A DNA stretch of 64,000 nt from Callorhinchus milii (Eukaryota), in the NCBI RefSeq assembly GCF_018977255.1, contig NW_024704742.1:12402001-12466000 (forward strand), given 5' to 3'. Under the pieces are notes generated by a model. That model made no database searches and was not told where the DNA came from. It saw only the letters and a list, made by a program, of their open reading frames with translations. The translations under genes and the position numbers were made by a program. How positions within the stretch are numbered: position 1 is the stretch's first letter; each line of letters begins with the position of its first letter. Positions 28,369 to 41,024 of this stretch are shown here, piece by piece.

Positions 28369-28738
28369 GACAAATTATCATTATTCCATCCGTTATTCTC
28401 CATTTCCTAAAATATGTTTGTGATGTATTGCTCTTTGGTGTCTACCACACACATTTGAGGCATTTCAAAGATATGCAGGCTTGTCTAAAATGGATCTTTG
28501 CTTCATATTCACAATACAATGATGATTTCAGTTGTGTTAAGATGTGTACAGAGGAAATCACAGCTGTATACAATTGGGGCTATTGCTTTGATCTTGGGCT
28601 CTTCCTTTTTATGAGAAAAATCCTGAAAAAATCCAGCAAAAGCAAAATGAGCTCATTGGGATCATTTTTTATTCTTAGTGAATTTGGCAACTTAAATTTT
28701 CAGTCAAAATGTTCAGTAACAGATCAGAAGAAGGTGTA

Positions 28739-29040
28739 TAATAATAATAATACTTGCATTTGATATAGCGTTTTATCATGTATTCGAGACGTCGCAAAGC
28801 GCTTCACAGAATATATTGTCAAATGGATTGATTATATATTTAGGCAGCAAAACATAAGAATTGCACGCAATAGTTTCCCACAAACAGTCATGAATTGAGT
28901 GACCAGATTATTATTATTTATTAAAAATTGTTTTAATTTTTTTTGAAGGGATTATTATCCTCCGAAAAGCGATCCACCAATCGACTGACAGCTGGGTTCT
29001 TACTTACTGCTAGGTAAACAGAAGCGTGTGGAGCAAGGAA
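28739..29040 (-). mobile_element. 5'-truncated SINE, long form
   Basis: Tail, body and central segment; head missing. Confidence 0.8.
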
Positions 29041-29461
29041 TACAATGGAGTAAAATGGTGCAATAGCATTAAAGGACAAATATAGAAAATGTATTTCAAA
29101 TGATAACTTCAGTGCTCCGAGATACTATTCTGTGCGAAGGGCACTATATAAATATAAGGTGTTGTGCTGTTGTAATTAAGAAAAGAGGACTACTAACTAA
29201 AAATATCCATACTCCAAGGCTGAAGATTAAGTCAACCTGAAAACATATCTAAAATATGCTGTTTCTTCAAAAGTTTCAACATGACAAAGCTTTTCCTTTG
29301 TTATCTAGCTGGGGAAATGAACAGTTTTTAACAGTGTGAAATCTGTCTTTGTTTGGGGCAATTATACTGGCTTGTGCTTGATACCATTCTCTTACTCAGG
29401 TGTGTTGTGAGTATGATTAAAATTAGGCTATTATTTAGCCTTGTTTTAACTTTCATTTCAG

Positions 29462-29524
29462 TTTTACAGAAGGAAGAAAAAACCTGCAGTCAATAAAATC
29501 TGTCTGGGGATCCCCCCAGCTCAG
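29462..29524 (+). CDS. ABCA1-like: ABCA exon, 63 nt (not in ORF track)
   Basis: tttcatttcag| ... |GTAAGG; FYRRKKKPAVNKICLGIPPAQ. Confidence 0.93.
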
Positions 29525-30249
29525 GTAAGGTTGACCTAGAAACTCAACCAATATTGGGGTATATGTTTCATAATATTTAAATAACAACATTACTGTTCTT
29601 TTCTCACACCATTAAGAGACTGAAATGTCCAGTAGAAACTTATGAGAATTTAAGAACTTAATCCCTTAAGCAAGAAATGGCATGAATAATAATTAAAGCA
29701 GAGATTTCTCCATTTCAAAGGCTTATCTAAAATGGATTATTGCTTCATATTCACAATACAATGATGATTACAATTCTTATCCAACTGAGAGTATAATTTA
29801 TTGAACAAGGAGACAAACTGTTTCCATTTAGGAATAACACTTTTTTTGTAATACTTTTAGACAAATTCTCAACTCTGTGATGGGACATTTTTATAAACTC
29901 TAAAAAATGTGTTAAATTAACAGAATTAAAATAAAGCAGGATAAAGGCATGAGTGGAAATTGGTCAAAAGTTTATCAACTTAAAAGTTTTTAAAAAAACC
30001 ACTCAAAGAATAGTGAATAGTTGAACCAATAAACCAAGTGAGATAATGGAGTTAAAACTTCACTTAAAGAGTGGTGGTGAATGGTTACAGCAAAAGAAAG
30101 GAGGCAAAACATTGTACTTATTCAAAGTAAAATTAGTTAGCATGGTGGGCTACCTAGTGAACTAGACAGACGTTCTGGGATAAAAAATCCAGATTCACAA
30201 CCAACATTATGTAATCATAGGTATTATGTATTATAGGTAATCATAGGTA

Positions 30250-30637
30250 TTGAAACATATAAGATTCTTAAAGGGCTGATAAAGTTGACACTGAGGGTCT
30301 GTTTCCCCTGGTAGGAGAATCTATAGCGAGGGGTCACAGTCTTAAAATTAAGGGTCAGCCTTTTAGAACAGAGTTGAGGAAACATTTCTTCACTCGGAGG
30401 GTAGTGAATCTATGGAATTCACTACCCCAGAAGGCTGTAGATGCTCAGTCCTTGAACATCTTCAAGGCTGAGACTGATAAATTTTTTAAAAAACAGAGGG
30501 ATTAGGGGATATGGGGATAGGGCAGGTAATTAGAGTTAGGTCTGAAGATCAGCCATGATCTTATCGAATGGCGGGGCAGGCTCAAGGGGCCGAATGGCCT
30601 ACTTCTGCTCCTAATTCTTATGTTCTTATGTTCTTAT
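30250..30637 (+). mobile_element. CR1 3' fragment, second subfamily
   Basis: FFTRRVVNLWNSLP-coding segment, ggggccgaatggcct hairpin and (TTCTTATG)n tail. Confidence 0.85.
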
Positions 30638-30982
30638 TATCTTAACTACTACAAATAGTTCAAGCAGGCCAGAAATTAACAATCTGAACATGAACCTTTT
30701 TAGATGCTAAACATTGATCTCTTCATTGAGCTAGAAAGCAATTTGTCCTAGAAAGAAACTTGCTGTGGTATAACTGTGGGCCGTTGAAGGGAATGGAAAA
30801 TGGACGAAACAACGGTCATCATTTTGTAGAACTTCAGGGTTTCTCTCAAACTGTCCAGCAGGATTTGACCAAACCCCAACCTAGATATTAGATATAAGAA
30901 AATTATTATCTATAATATGTTAGCATTTAATTGTGCTGCTTGCCTATGGAATGACTTATTAAGGTGACATTTTCATTGACAG

Positions 30983-31089
30983 TGCTTTGGCCTTCTGGGA
31001 ATAAACGGTGCGGGCAAAACAACGACCTTCAAGATGCTGACTGGAGACATTTCTGTAACCAGCGGAGATGCCTTCCTAAATGGATATAG
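30983..31089 (+). CDS. ABCA1-like: ABCA exon, 107 nt, Walker A of NBD2 (not in ORF track)
   Basis: ttgacag| ... |[41 protein letters not shown](S). Confidence 0.97.
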
Positions 31090-31126
31090 GTAAGTGAGAA
31101 CAACAGACACAAAGATGGAGACATAT

Positions 31127-31478
31127 GGAGTCCTGTAGCTCAGTGGTTAGAGCACTCGCCTCACAAGCGAGAATCCTGAGTTCGATTCCTGGCAGAGCAA
31201 AATGTTGGGCAAGTTTCCTTACTCCACACGTCTCTGTTTACCTATCATTAAGTAGAAACCTGGTTGTTAGTCAATTTGCGGATCACTTTTCCAGAGGTAA
31301 TAATTCCTTCAAAAAGATAATTATAATAATTTGGTCACTCAATCCACGATTGTTTGTGGGCACTGCTGTGCACAATTGGCTGCCACATTTTGCCCACAAA
31401 ATATACAGTCAATTCACTTTACAGTATATTCTGTGAAGAGCTTTGAAGCGTCTTGAAGATGCTATATCAAATTATTAT
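31127..31478 (+). mobile_element. tRNA-derived SINE, long form
   Basis: A/B boxes, central segment, body, shortened tail; begins 38 nt after the Walker A exon. Confidence 0.9.
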
Positions 31479-31844
31479 GTTTCAGCACCTTGCATAGAGA
31501 AAAGTTTTTTGTAAAAATTCTATTGTCGCCAAGCACATCCTTCTCACTTGTGCTGCCATTTCAAACCTTGAGCGCTTATATATTCTGATATTTAAGAAAT
31601 GCTCATTGTTCACATTTCTGTGTGTTATTAACCTCTATAACATACAGTCATGTAAGAAATCAAAGGAATTTGAATTTTCATACTAGATACATGTATCCGT
31701 CCCTTCTTTCAGTAGTTAGTTCTACATAATTTAAGTGACCCTGTAACATATGTTGTGTCCCAAGACACTTGGATTCCATTCTTTGCTAACACTGGTGTAT
31801 AATTAGCTCAAGGATCCAAGAATATACTCTGGTGACTTTCATAG

Positions 31845-32085
31845 TGTCTTCCTCTCCCTCTGTCTTGCTCGCTCTCCCTATCTCTGTCTCTGTCCTTCTC
31901 TCATTCTCTTTGTCCCTCTCTGTTTCTTTCTGTTCCCCCTCTCTTTTTCTCTCTTTCCCTGTCCTTTTCCTCTCTTACTCTCTCTGTTATCTCTCTCTCT
32001 ATCCCCCTCTACCACACTTTCTCTCTCCCCTTGTCTCCCATTCTCTCCTCCCCTTGATCTCACTCTGTTTTTCTCACACACTCTG
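31845..32085. repeat. Degenerate (CT)n polypyrimidine microsatellite
   Basis: About 240 bp almost entirely C/T on + strand. Confidence 0.85.
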
Positions 32086-32090
32086 GCCAT

Positions 32091-32225
32091 TCATAGAATC
32101 ATAGAATATTACAGCCCAGAAGACCATTCGGTCTCTTGTGCCTGTGTCGGCTCTTTGGAAAAGCTACCTAATCAGTCCTGCTCCCCCACTCTATCTCCAT
32201 ACCCCTGCAAATTTTCCTTTTTAAG
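32091..32225 (-). mobile_element. CR1 3' end fragment
   Basis: (CATAGAAT)2 on + strand followed by sequence matching the CR1 3' UTR at 36306-36430. Confidence 0.75.
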
Positions 32226-32825
32226 TCCATTTGTTTTCACTCTGTCCAATGTCTATACTTCACTCGTCACTCTGGTGACATCTATTGGTGTGGAACTGAG
32301 GTAACTATCAAAATATATACTTTTAATAATGGACTTTTGAATTAACTCTTTGGATTTTCAAAAAAAACAAAGGCTCAAATATTGTTTACAACATATCCCT
32401 ACACTATTATAACGAAGGTAACAAACCCAATCCTACCTCCGTGACCTCCCATGACATTACTGCCCCACTCAGCAAACAGGAGTCTGCTTTATGCGCTTCA
32501 CCCTTCCTTTGTTTTATGGAACTCCATCCTGGAGTCCCTCTCACCCTATCCTTCCTCACCATTAACGCCCTCCTTAAGTCCTATCTTTCAACCGTGCTTT
32601 CAATCGCCTTCCCTGCCACCCGTGCCCCTATCCCCCCCACCCACTCATCTCAGGCCCTGTAAGCTGTATGAAGCATCTTGAGACATCCTTTCAATGTGGG
32701 AGGATAATAATAATAATAATAATAATAATATACAAATAGATAATGTTGTTTCAACCAAAAACTGCAGGATTTCAGATCTTTCATCTGCCTATAATCATAA
32801 TTGTTGCTGATTCTTTTCCAAACAG

Positions 32826-32967
32826 TATTTTGACTCAAATAGGAGAGGTACACCAAAATATGGGCTATTGTCCTCAGTTTGATGCTATCAATGACCTTTT
32901 GAATGGACGAGAGCACCTGGAATTGTATGCCCGTCTGCGAGGTATCCCAGAGGAGGAAGTTCAAAAG
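32826..32967 (+). CDS. ABCA1-like: ABCA exon, 142 nt, Q-loop
   Basis: ttttccaaacag| ... |[53 protein letters not shown]. Confidence 0.97.
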
Positions 32968-33613
32968 GTATGAAGCACCTCTGACTGAGGATCAATGAGG
33001 GTGCCGCTCCTGTTATTCTCTGGTCAAACTGCTTTTCAGTATATTGTATTGATGCCAAAACCATGTGCATCCTGTCTTCTCTGTCAGAATTCAGCGCTGT
33101 GAAGCACTTTGAGACATCTCAAAGACATGATAAGGCGCTATATCAAATGCAAGGATTATTATTATTAAAGAATATCAATTACCATTCACGTACAAAATAC
33201 ACAGTCTCTATATTTTACAGCGGATCCTGTGAAGCATCTTAACACTTCCTCCCAAAGCCAAAGGCATTATATCAAATTATGTTATTTATTATTTTATTAT
33301 ATTTTACCTCAGTTATTTACCCTCATGTATTAATGGACTCCAAAAATCAAAAGCAGACTAAGAGTTCAGATGATTCACTGTGGGTTTATATTCTCTTACT
33401 CCTGTTTGCTGAAACCAGAGGCAGCTTGATCTCTAAATATGTGTAAAGGTGCCACTGTGTTAGTTGCTACTGGACTCACAGTGAATCATAGAATAGATTC
33501 TGTTCAACGTTATGCATAGGGCAATTAGCAATGCACAACTATAATGCGTTAATGGGAAAGTCCATTAGTGGCTGACATCGCCTTTGACAATATGCTGAAA
33601 AGAATACTTACCC

Positions 33614-34900
33614 CATAGAACAGTACAACACAGAGACAGGACATTTGGCCCATCACACCTGTGGTGGTGGGTTTTTTTTCAATTTAAACCAATTTAATCA
33701 GACTCTCCATGTTGTTCCATTACTATTCTTACTCGTCAATCATCCATCCCATTCCCTTTTAATAGAATTCATGGATGCTTCAAGGACAGAGAATTTCATC
33801 ATTCACTGCCTGTGAAAGGACTTTGTTAATTCCTTTCATAATATATACATTTATGTTGCCTCTTTATTAACTTGCTGACGACTAGAAGTAATCCATTGCT
33901 ATTTACCATATTATACCACCACATTCCTTCATAATCCTGACAATTTCTGTATCAGGTTACCAATTAACCAGCTCACATCTAATGAAAAGCCCCATATTTT
34001 CAAGTCATCTGCATAACTGAAACTCCTCATTCCTGGTGAAAGTTCATTGAACGCTAAAACTCTTGTTCATGCCTTCATCACCTCCAGGCTTGACTATACA
34101 AACTCGCTGCTTGTCAGCCTTCCCAACTCCTCCCTCCACAGGCTGCAGATAATCCAGAACTCTGCAACCACACCAAACTCTCCCACACCAAACTCCGTGA
34201 CCCCATCCTCCCCATTCTCGCCTAACTCCATTGGCTCTCTATCCTTCAGAGGATCCAGTTCAAGATCCTGGTCCTCACCTACAAAGCCCTCCATGGCCTC
34301 GCCCCACCCTACCTCTGTAATCTCCTAACCCCCTACCAACCGGCCCGCTCCCCCCGCTCAGCCGACTCCAGCCTGCTCCACATCCTCCAACCCACCCGCC
34401 CCACCATTGGCGGGAGAGCCTTCAGCCACTCTGCCCCCAACCTCTGGAATTCCATCCCCCAATCACTCCGCCTCCCTCCTTTGCCTCCTTCTAGTCCCGC
34501 CTCAAAACCCTCCTCTTCAACCATGTCACCCCCTTTCCCCTCCCTTCCCTTCTCCTCCCCTGACCCCAGCTCGAGTCTGAAATGCTGATACTGTCCAGCA
34601 CCTTGGGACATCCTCCCGACATGAAAGGCGCTATACAAATGTAATCTTGTTGTTGTTGTTGTTGTACCATTTCTATTGTTCTATTGTTTCTATTGAAAGG
34701 TGTATATCCTTTCTGTCATGAGGTACCCAAAACTGTACACTATATTCTGGACAAGTTCAACATTTGCTTTTGTATTCTGTGCCTCTAGAGACCATACCAA
34801 TATCTAGATTGAGAGCTATTTATGGCCTCATCTACCTGTGATGACCTGTGCATCTGCACACCAAGATCCTTATGTACCTCCCACTCTATTTAAAATCTTG
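33614..34900 (-). mobile_element. Old CR1 3' fragment interrupted by the L2 at 34047-34663
   Basis: catagaacagtacaacacagagacaggacatttggccc start; degenerate similarity to 36306-36960 on both sides of the L2. Confidence 0.55.
34047..34663 (+). mobile_element. L2 3' fragment
   Basis: TLVHAFITSRLDY, tail stem-loop + (TTG)n; closely similar to 9138-9631. Confidence 0.9.
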
Positions 34901-35680
34901 TCTTCAGCATTGCATCAACTGCTTTCAAATTCAAGGAACTAGCATGTCCCCAGAATTCATTGTGTAGCAATCTCATTCTGTGAATCCATGCAACTGGTCA
35001 AATCTGACAGCACATCATTAAGGAAATATAATTGATAATACACTGGAGACAAGGATAACAGTAATGGTAGGGCAACATGTTGGGCAAATTTCCTTACTCC
35101 CTCCCCACCCCCCCCACCCCCCCACACACATGCCTTTGTTTATTTAACAGGAAGTAGGAACCCGCTTGTTAGTCGATTGCAGGTTGGCTTTCCGGGGGGT
35201 AATAACCCCTTCAAAAAATATATATAATAATAATTGGGTCACTCAATCCATGACTTTTTGTGGGACACTGCTGTGTGCAATGAGCTGTTGCGTTTCTCCC
35301 ACAAAACACACAACAACTACATTTTATAGTATATCACGTGAAGCACTTTGAGATATCTCAACGATGCTCGAATTATTATTATTATTATTATTTTAATACA
35401 ATACAACTTCTTCAGCCACTCATTGTTCCATCAAATACACTGTGTATTTTCAGGGTATGGCCACGCACTGTGTGATGGAGGTGGTACATGGTGCTTCTAA
35501 GGGTGTGGCAAGCTTTCTAAGGCTGACTTCACAACTATGTGGCGAAGGACCGTACATATTTAATAAATTGCCCACATGACTGATCAGTTTGACCCATTTC
35601 TTTTGCACTGTCGGAACCTTGGATAATAGATGGCCATCTATACAATAATCAGTTACTTTTTAAAACCTACAGGAATTGTA

Positions 35681-36050
35681 GGAGTCCTGTAGCTCAGTGG
35701 TTAGAGCACCCACCTCGCAAGTAAGAGACCTGGGTTCAATTCCCAATGGGGAAAAATGTTGAGCCTGTTTCCTTACTCCACACGCCTCTGTTTACCTAGC
35801 AGTAAGTAGGAGCCCGGTTTTTAGTCAACTGGTGGATCACTTTTCCGGGGGTAATAATTACTTCAAAAAAATAATAAATTGGTTACTCAATCCACGACTG
35901 TTTGTGGGACACTGCTGTGTGCAATTGGTTTCTGCGTTTTGCCCACAAAATGTACAGTCAATTCACTTTACAGTATATTCTGTGAAGCGTTTTGAGATGT
36001 CTCGAAAAAGTGATAAGGTGCTATATCAATTGCAAGGATTATTCTTACTA
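35681..36050 (+). mobile_element. tRNA-derived SINE, long form
   Basis: Complete head, central segment, body and tail; a headless long copy also lies at ~35070-35393. Confidence 0.9.
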
Positions 36051-36097
36051 TTCATGTAAATATGGTCTAAGTTTACTCTGCTTTTTATTTTGTCCAG

Positions 36098-36232
36098 GTA
36101 GCCGAATGGGGAATCCAGAAGTTGGGTCTGATTAAATACTCTAGTAGGTCAGCTGGAACCTACAGCGGAGGCAATAAGCGCAAATTATCAACAGCAATAG
36201 CTCTTATTGGATGTCCTCCAGTTGTCTTTCTG
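36098..36232 (+). CDS. ABCA1-like: ABCA exon, 135 nt, ABC signature (YSGGN) and start of Walker B (not in ORF track)
   Basis: ttttgtccag| ... |[51 protein letters not shown]. Confidence 0.97.
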
Positions 36233-36988
36233 GTATGATTTATAACCACTTTTCATTCTGTTTCACTTTGTCTCACTCCAAACATTGTTTTGAGGGGCTA
36301 CACTACATAGAATCGTACAGCACAAAAAGAGGCCATTCGGCCCATCGAGTCTGTGCCGACTCTTTGAAAAGAGAAATGTAATGTCAGTCCCACTCCCCAG
36401 CCCTTTCCCCATAACCCTGCAAACCCGTCCTCCTCAAATACCCGTCCACCGCGTTTTTAAAAGTAGTTATCGAATCGGCCTCAACCACCCTTTCAGGAAA
36501 TGCGTTCCAGATTCAAACAACTCGCTGCGTGAAAACATTTCTTCTCACCTCCCCTCTGCTTCTTTTAGAGACTATTTTGAATATGTGACCTCGAGTCACC
36601 GACACAACCACCAGTGGAAACAGTTTTTCCCTTTCTAACCTATCAAATCCCCTCATGATTTTGAAAACCTCTATTAGGTCTCCTCAAAATCTTCTCTGCT
36701 CCAATGAGAATAATCCTCGCCTCTCAAGCCTTTCCTCATAATCAAGGTCGCTCATTCCTGGTACCATCCTCGTAAATCTCTTCTGCACCCTTTCCAATGC
36801 CTTAACATCCTTCCTATAGTGTGGTGCCCAGAACTGGGCGCAATATTCTAACTGAGGCCTAACCAGTGTTTTATATAAGTTAATCATAACCTCCTGACTC
36901 TTGTACTCTATGCCCCTATTTATAAAGCCTAGTATTCCATATGCCCTTTTTGTAGCTTTATCTACGTGAAGTCCTGTAGCTCAGTTGT

Positions 36989-37312
36989 GGAGTCCTGTAG
37001 CTCAGTGGTTAGAGCACTCGCTTTGCAAGTGAGAGACCTGAGTTCAATTCCAGGCAGAGCGAAAACTTGGGCAAGTTTCCTTACTCCACACAGAGCCTAA
37101 TAATAATCCCTCCAAAAAAACAAACAAAAAAAAAATCAGTCATTTTCAATCCACGACTGTTTGTGGGACATTGCTGTGTGCAATTGGCTGCCGTGTTCGC
37201 CCACAAATATACAGTCAATTCACTTTACAGTGTGTTCTGTGAAGCACTTTGGGATGTCCTCCCGACCTGAAAAGCGCTATATCAAATGCAAGGATTATTA
37301 TTATTATTATTA
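36989..37312 (+). mobile_element. Young SINE, short form, nested in CR1
   Basis: Complete; pure (ATT)n tail; 16-nt head duplication at 36970-36985. Confidence 0.92.
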
Positions 37313-38718
37313 CCTGTCCTGCCACCTTCAAGGATTCATTTACCTGCACCCCCAGGTCTCTCTTTCCTTCACCCCCCTTAAGATTGTATTACCAGCCTAT
37401 ATTGCCCTCATTCTTTCTACCAAAATGCATTACCTCACATTGCTCCACATTGAAACTCATCTGCCATGTGTCTGCCCATTTTACCATTCTGTCTATATCT
37501 TCCTGCAGTTGGCTACTATCCTTCTCACTGTTTACTATCCGACCTAACTTTGTGTCGTCCACAAACTTGGAAATGGTACTTGCTATACCCAAGTCCAGAT
37601 CATTTATGTATATTAAGAAGAGCAGTGTTCCTAATACCGATCCCTGGGGGACGCCACTGTACACTTCCCTCTGGTCAGAAAAGCAGCCGTTCACCACAAC
37701 TCTCTGCTTTCTGTCTCCCAGCCAGTCTGGATCCATGCTGCCACTGTCCATTTTATACCATAGGTTTCTACCTTTCTTACAAGTCTTTCATGTGGCACTT
37801 TGTCAAATGCCTTTTGAAAGTCCATATAAACTACATCAACTGCACTACCTTTATCCACCCTCTCCGTTACCTCATCTAAAAATTCTATTAGATTTGTTAG
37901 ACAAGATCTGCCTTTAACAAATCCATGTTGGCTGTCCCTAATTAACCCATATTCTTCTAAGTGAAGATTTATTCTGTCCCGTATTATAGTCTCCAGGAGT
38001 TTCCCCACTGCTGATGTTAGGCTGACTGGCCTGTGGTTCCCAGGTTTGTCCTTCTGTCCCTTTTTGTATAGGGGAGTCACATTGGACACTCTCCAGTCCT
38101 CTGGCACCACCCCTGTGTCCAACAAAGATTGAAAAATTGTAGCCAAAGCCTCCACTATTTGCACCCGTGCCTCCCATAGTAACCTTGGTTGCATCCCGTC
38201 CGGACCGGGCGACTTATCTACCTTCAGCCTGTCCTATCCATTTCCTCTGCTCTCTCTTCCAATACTGCGGCATTTGGTGTTTCCACTTCTTTTGTGAAGA
38301 CAGATGCAAAGTACTCATTCAGTACATCAGCCGTGCCCTCTGCCTCCACAATACGATTTCCGCCTTGGTCCTTAATTGGCCCCACCCTACCTTTGACTAC
38401 CTTTGGCTATAACCGTATCCTTGATTAACATTGCCACACCCCCTCCTTTTTTTCCTTCCCTATCCCTCCTGAATACATTATAGCCAGGAATATTCAGCTC
38501 CCATTCCTGTCCTTGTTTGAGCCAAGTCTCTGTTACTGCTACTACATCGTATCCCCCTATGACCACTTGAGCCTGCAGCTCACCAATCTTGTTTGCTAAA
38601 CTCCGTGCTTTTAGGCACATGCACTCCAAGACCGACTTGACCTGTTCTGCACTTCCCCTCTGTTTTATTTCTCCATTTTCTAGCTCTTCGTTTTTTGCAT
38701 TGCCTTCCCCCCTCAAAA

Positions 38719-39810
38719 CTAGTTTAAACCCTCCCCAACAGCATTAGTTAGCCTGTCTGCAAACACATTTGCCCAGCCCAGTTTAGGTGTAACCCATCCA
38801 TATGGTACAGGTCCCACCTGCCCCAGAACCGGTCCCAATGATCCAGAAACCTGAAGCCCTCTTTTCTGAACCATTGCTCCAGCCCAGCATTTATATGTTT
38901 GATCCTGCCATTATGGTACTTATTTTCCCGAGGCACAGGGAGTAATCCAGAGATCACCACCTTGGATGGTCTATTCTTTAGTTTGTTCCCCAGCTTTTGA
39001 TATTCACTCTGTAGCGTCTCAGCCCTTTTTTTTACCAATATCATGGATCCCAACCTGGACCACCAATTCTGGATGTTCTCCTTTCCCCCTGAAGAATTTT
39101 ATCCACCCATTCCGCGATGTCTGAGACTGTTGCACCAGGGGGGGCAGCATACCATCCTTGACTCCCATCTTCTGTTGCAGAAATGTCTGTCTCTACCTCT
39201 TACTGTTGTATCCCCTATAACAACAGCATTGCTCCTGTTACCTATGTCCCCCTGTTCAACAAATCGTTTTTTACTGTCCTCCCTGGAGATATCAACACTC
39301 TCAATGTTCAGTACAGAGCACTGGTTTGAGAGTGCTACACTATTGCGGGCATTCTGCCCAGCCCGTCCCCTCTTCCTAGCATGCAGGACAGTCACCCAGT
39401 CATTTTCTGTCTGAACCCTCGGTGTGTGGTGTGGGGTGGCCACCTCCTGAGGTGTCTGGTCCATCAAATACTCACATCTGCTGTACAAGTTTGAAGCCCA
39501 TTGCTCCATCATCCCTCTCACAGAGGTCCCTTTATCTGCAGAACTGATAAAACTATCCTGTCCCTGAGCATTAACCGGAAGCAAGCATCTCCGAAGCCTC
39601 AGGGGAGTGATGGTTTCCTCCAACATTCTGTCCAGGAACCTCTCATTGTCCCTGATGGAGCGCAGTGTCTGCACCTCGGCTTCCAGCTCAGCTACTCTCA
39701 GCTGGAGCTTCCTGAGTTGCAGACACTTGCTGCAGATGAAGTCGCCCGGACTCAGGGCCCTCCATTAACTCCCACATGTCACAGTCCTCGCATTTCACTT
39801 GCCACATCAT
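38719..39810 (-). pseudogene. CR1 ORF1 (zinc finger/leucine zipper + SGNH esterase-like), frameshifted
   Basis: CEDC...CSKC followed by heptad LQLRVAELEAEVQTL; VVIGDT, VVISGLLPV, DGLHLN; ends AVGEGLN*. Confidence 0.85.
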
Positions 39811-40452
39811 AGGCTCACACGGTGTTTTCAATATATATATTTTTTATTTTTTGTTTTTTTGTTTTAATTTGCCGTCAGTGTTGTAGTTTCTGAGTTTGTC
39901 AATGTTTGTCGCTGGTTCTGCTGTTGAAAAATGACGTCACACCAACGTCACTTTTTCTTTTTTCATCGCTCCGACAGTAGCTTTACCTCAGCCACTCCTT
40001 TTATGCTGATCGCTAGGCCCAGGCTCCACCTCCGCTCTGACCTGATTGCTCGCCCCGAATAGATGCTGATTTTAGTAAATATAATATTTCCAGATGGTTG
40101 ACTCTGGGATACTATGCTGCATGAGGGGCACTATGTAAATGCAAGTTGTTGTTGTTGTTGATGATAATTTTCCTCCTTTGAAAATGACAATGCTCCCAAC
40201 GGATGAACAACACGTAACCAAAAGAAGCTTGATGCTCCATTTGTTTCTGTTACTTAGGTAATTCTGAGCACCAGTTTTAATTCTTAACCAAATTTAGATC
40301 TACCTGTGATCAACTAAATATATTCAATTTTAAACATTTCCAGTTCGGGGGAAGAGAAATTCCACCAAGGTTTAGATTTAGACTTGGTTCTTAGCATGGT
40401 GTACGAATGTGTATGCAAATTTTGGACAATTCTTAAATTCAGTCATAATCAC

Positions 40453-40625
40453 ATACATAGAATTACATAGAATACACAGCACAGAAACAGGTCATTTGGC
40501 CCAACTGGTCTATGCCGGCATATATGCTCCACCTGAGCCTCCTCCTGCTCTTCCTCAACTAAGCCTTTAAGCATAACCTTTCTTTTCTTTTCATTCCTTT
40601 CTCCCTCATGTACTTATCTAGCTTA
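40453..40625 (-). mobile_element. CR1 3' end fragment
   Basis: acatagaattacatagaat followed by cagcacagaaacaggtcatttggccc. Confidence 0.7.
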
Positions 40626-40769
40626 ATTTTGAAGTTAGTATCTATTGGTCCTTTGAAAACTTCAAAATGCAGATTGGATCTTATTTCTAAAATCCTAAGA
40701 AACAAATTTAAATTTAGGCCCAGATAGATTTGGGATTAATGTTCCATTTTCTCTTTTTAAAAAAAACCA

Positions 40770-41024
40770 AGGTCTTCAGCCTTTCTGCCCCCACCCTATT
40801 GGAAATTCATCCCAGAGTCCCTCCACCTTGCCCCCTCCTTTGCCTCCTTCAAGGCCCATCTCAAGACCGTCCTCTTCGACCGTGCTTTCCTTCACTGTCC
40901 TACCCTATCTTCTCCACACTCCGCCCCTACTGATCCCAACCACCAGCTCAGGTATGCATCCTTGACAGTGCCTTGGGATGTCCTCCTGACGTGAAAGACG
41001 CTGTACAAATGTAATTTGTTGTTA
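40770..41024 (+). mobile_element. L2 3' end fragment
   Basis: ccttgggatgtcctcctgacgtgaaagacgct tail + TTG repeats. Confidence 0.8.

Larger units (their letters stand above)
36306..40040 (-). mobile_element. Near full-length CR1 LINE (5' UTR, ORF1, internally deleted ORF2, 3' end) with nested SINE
   Basis: ORF2 motifs QHGFVKGRSCLTNL, GVPQGSVLG, FVDDTKL; endonuclease cut by a deletion near 38400; CATAGAAT tail on + strand; 5' boundary approximate. Confidence 0.92.

Noticed and set aside
31832..32104. Hydrophobic 90-aa ORF and many other short ORF-track entries
   Set aside because: Translations of microsatellite, SINE or off-frame LINE sequence, or chance ORFs with alternative starts
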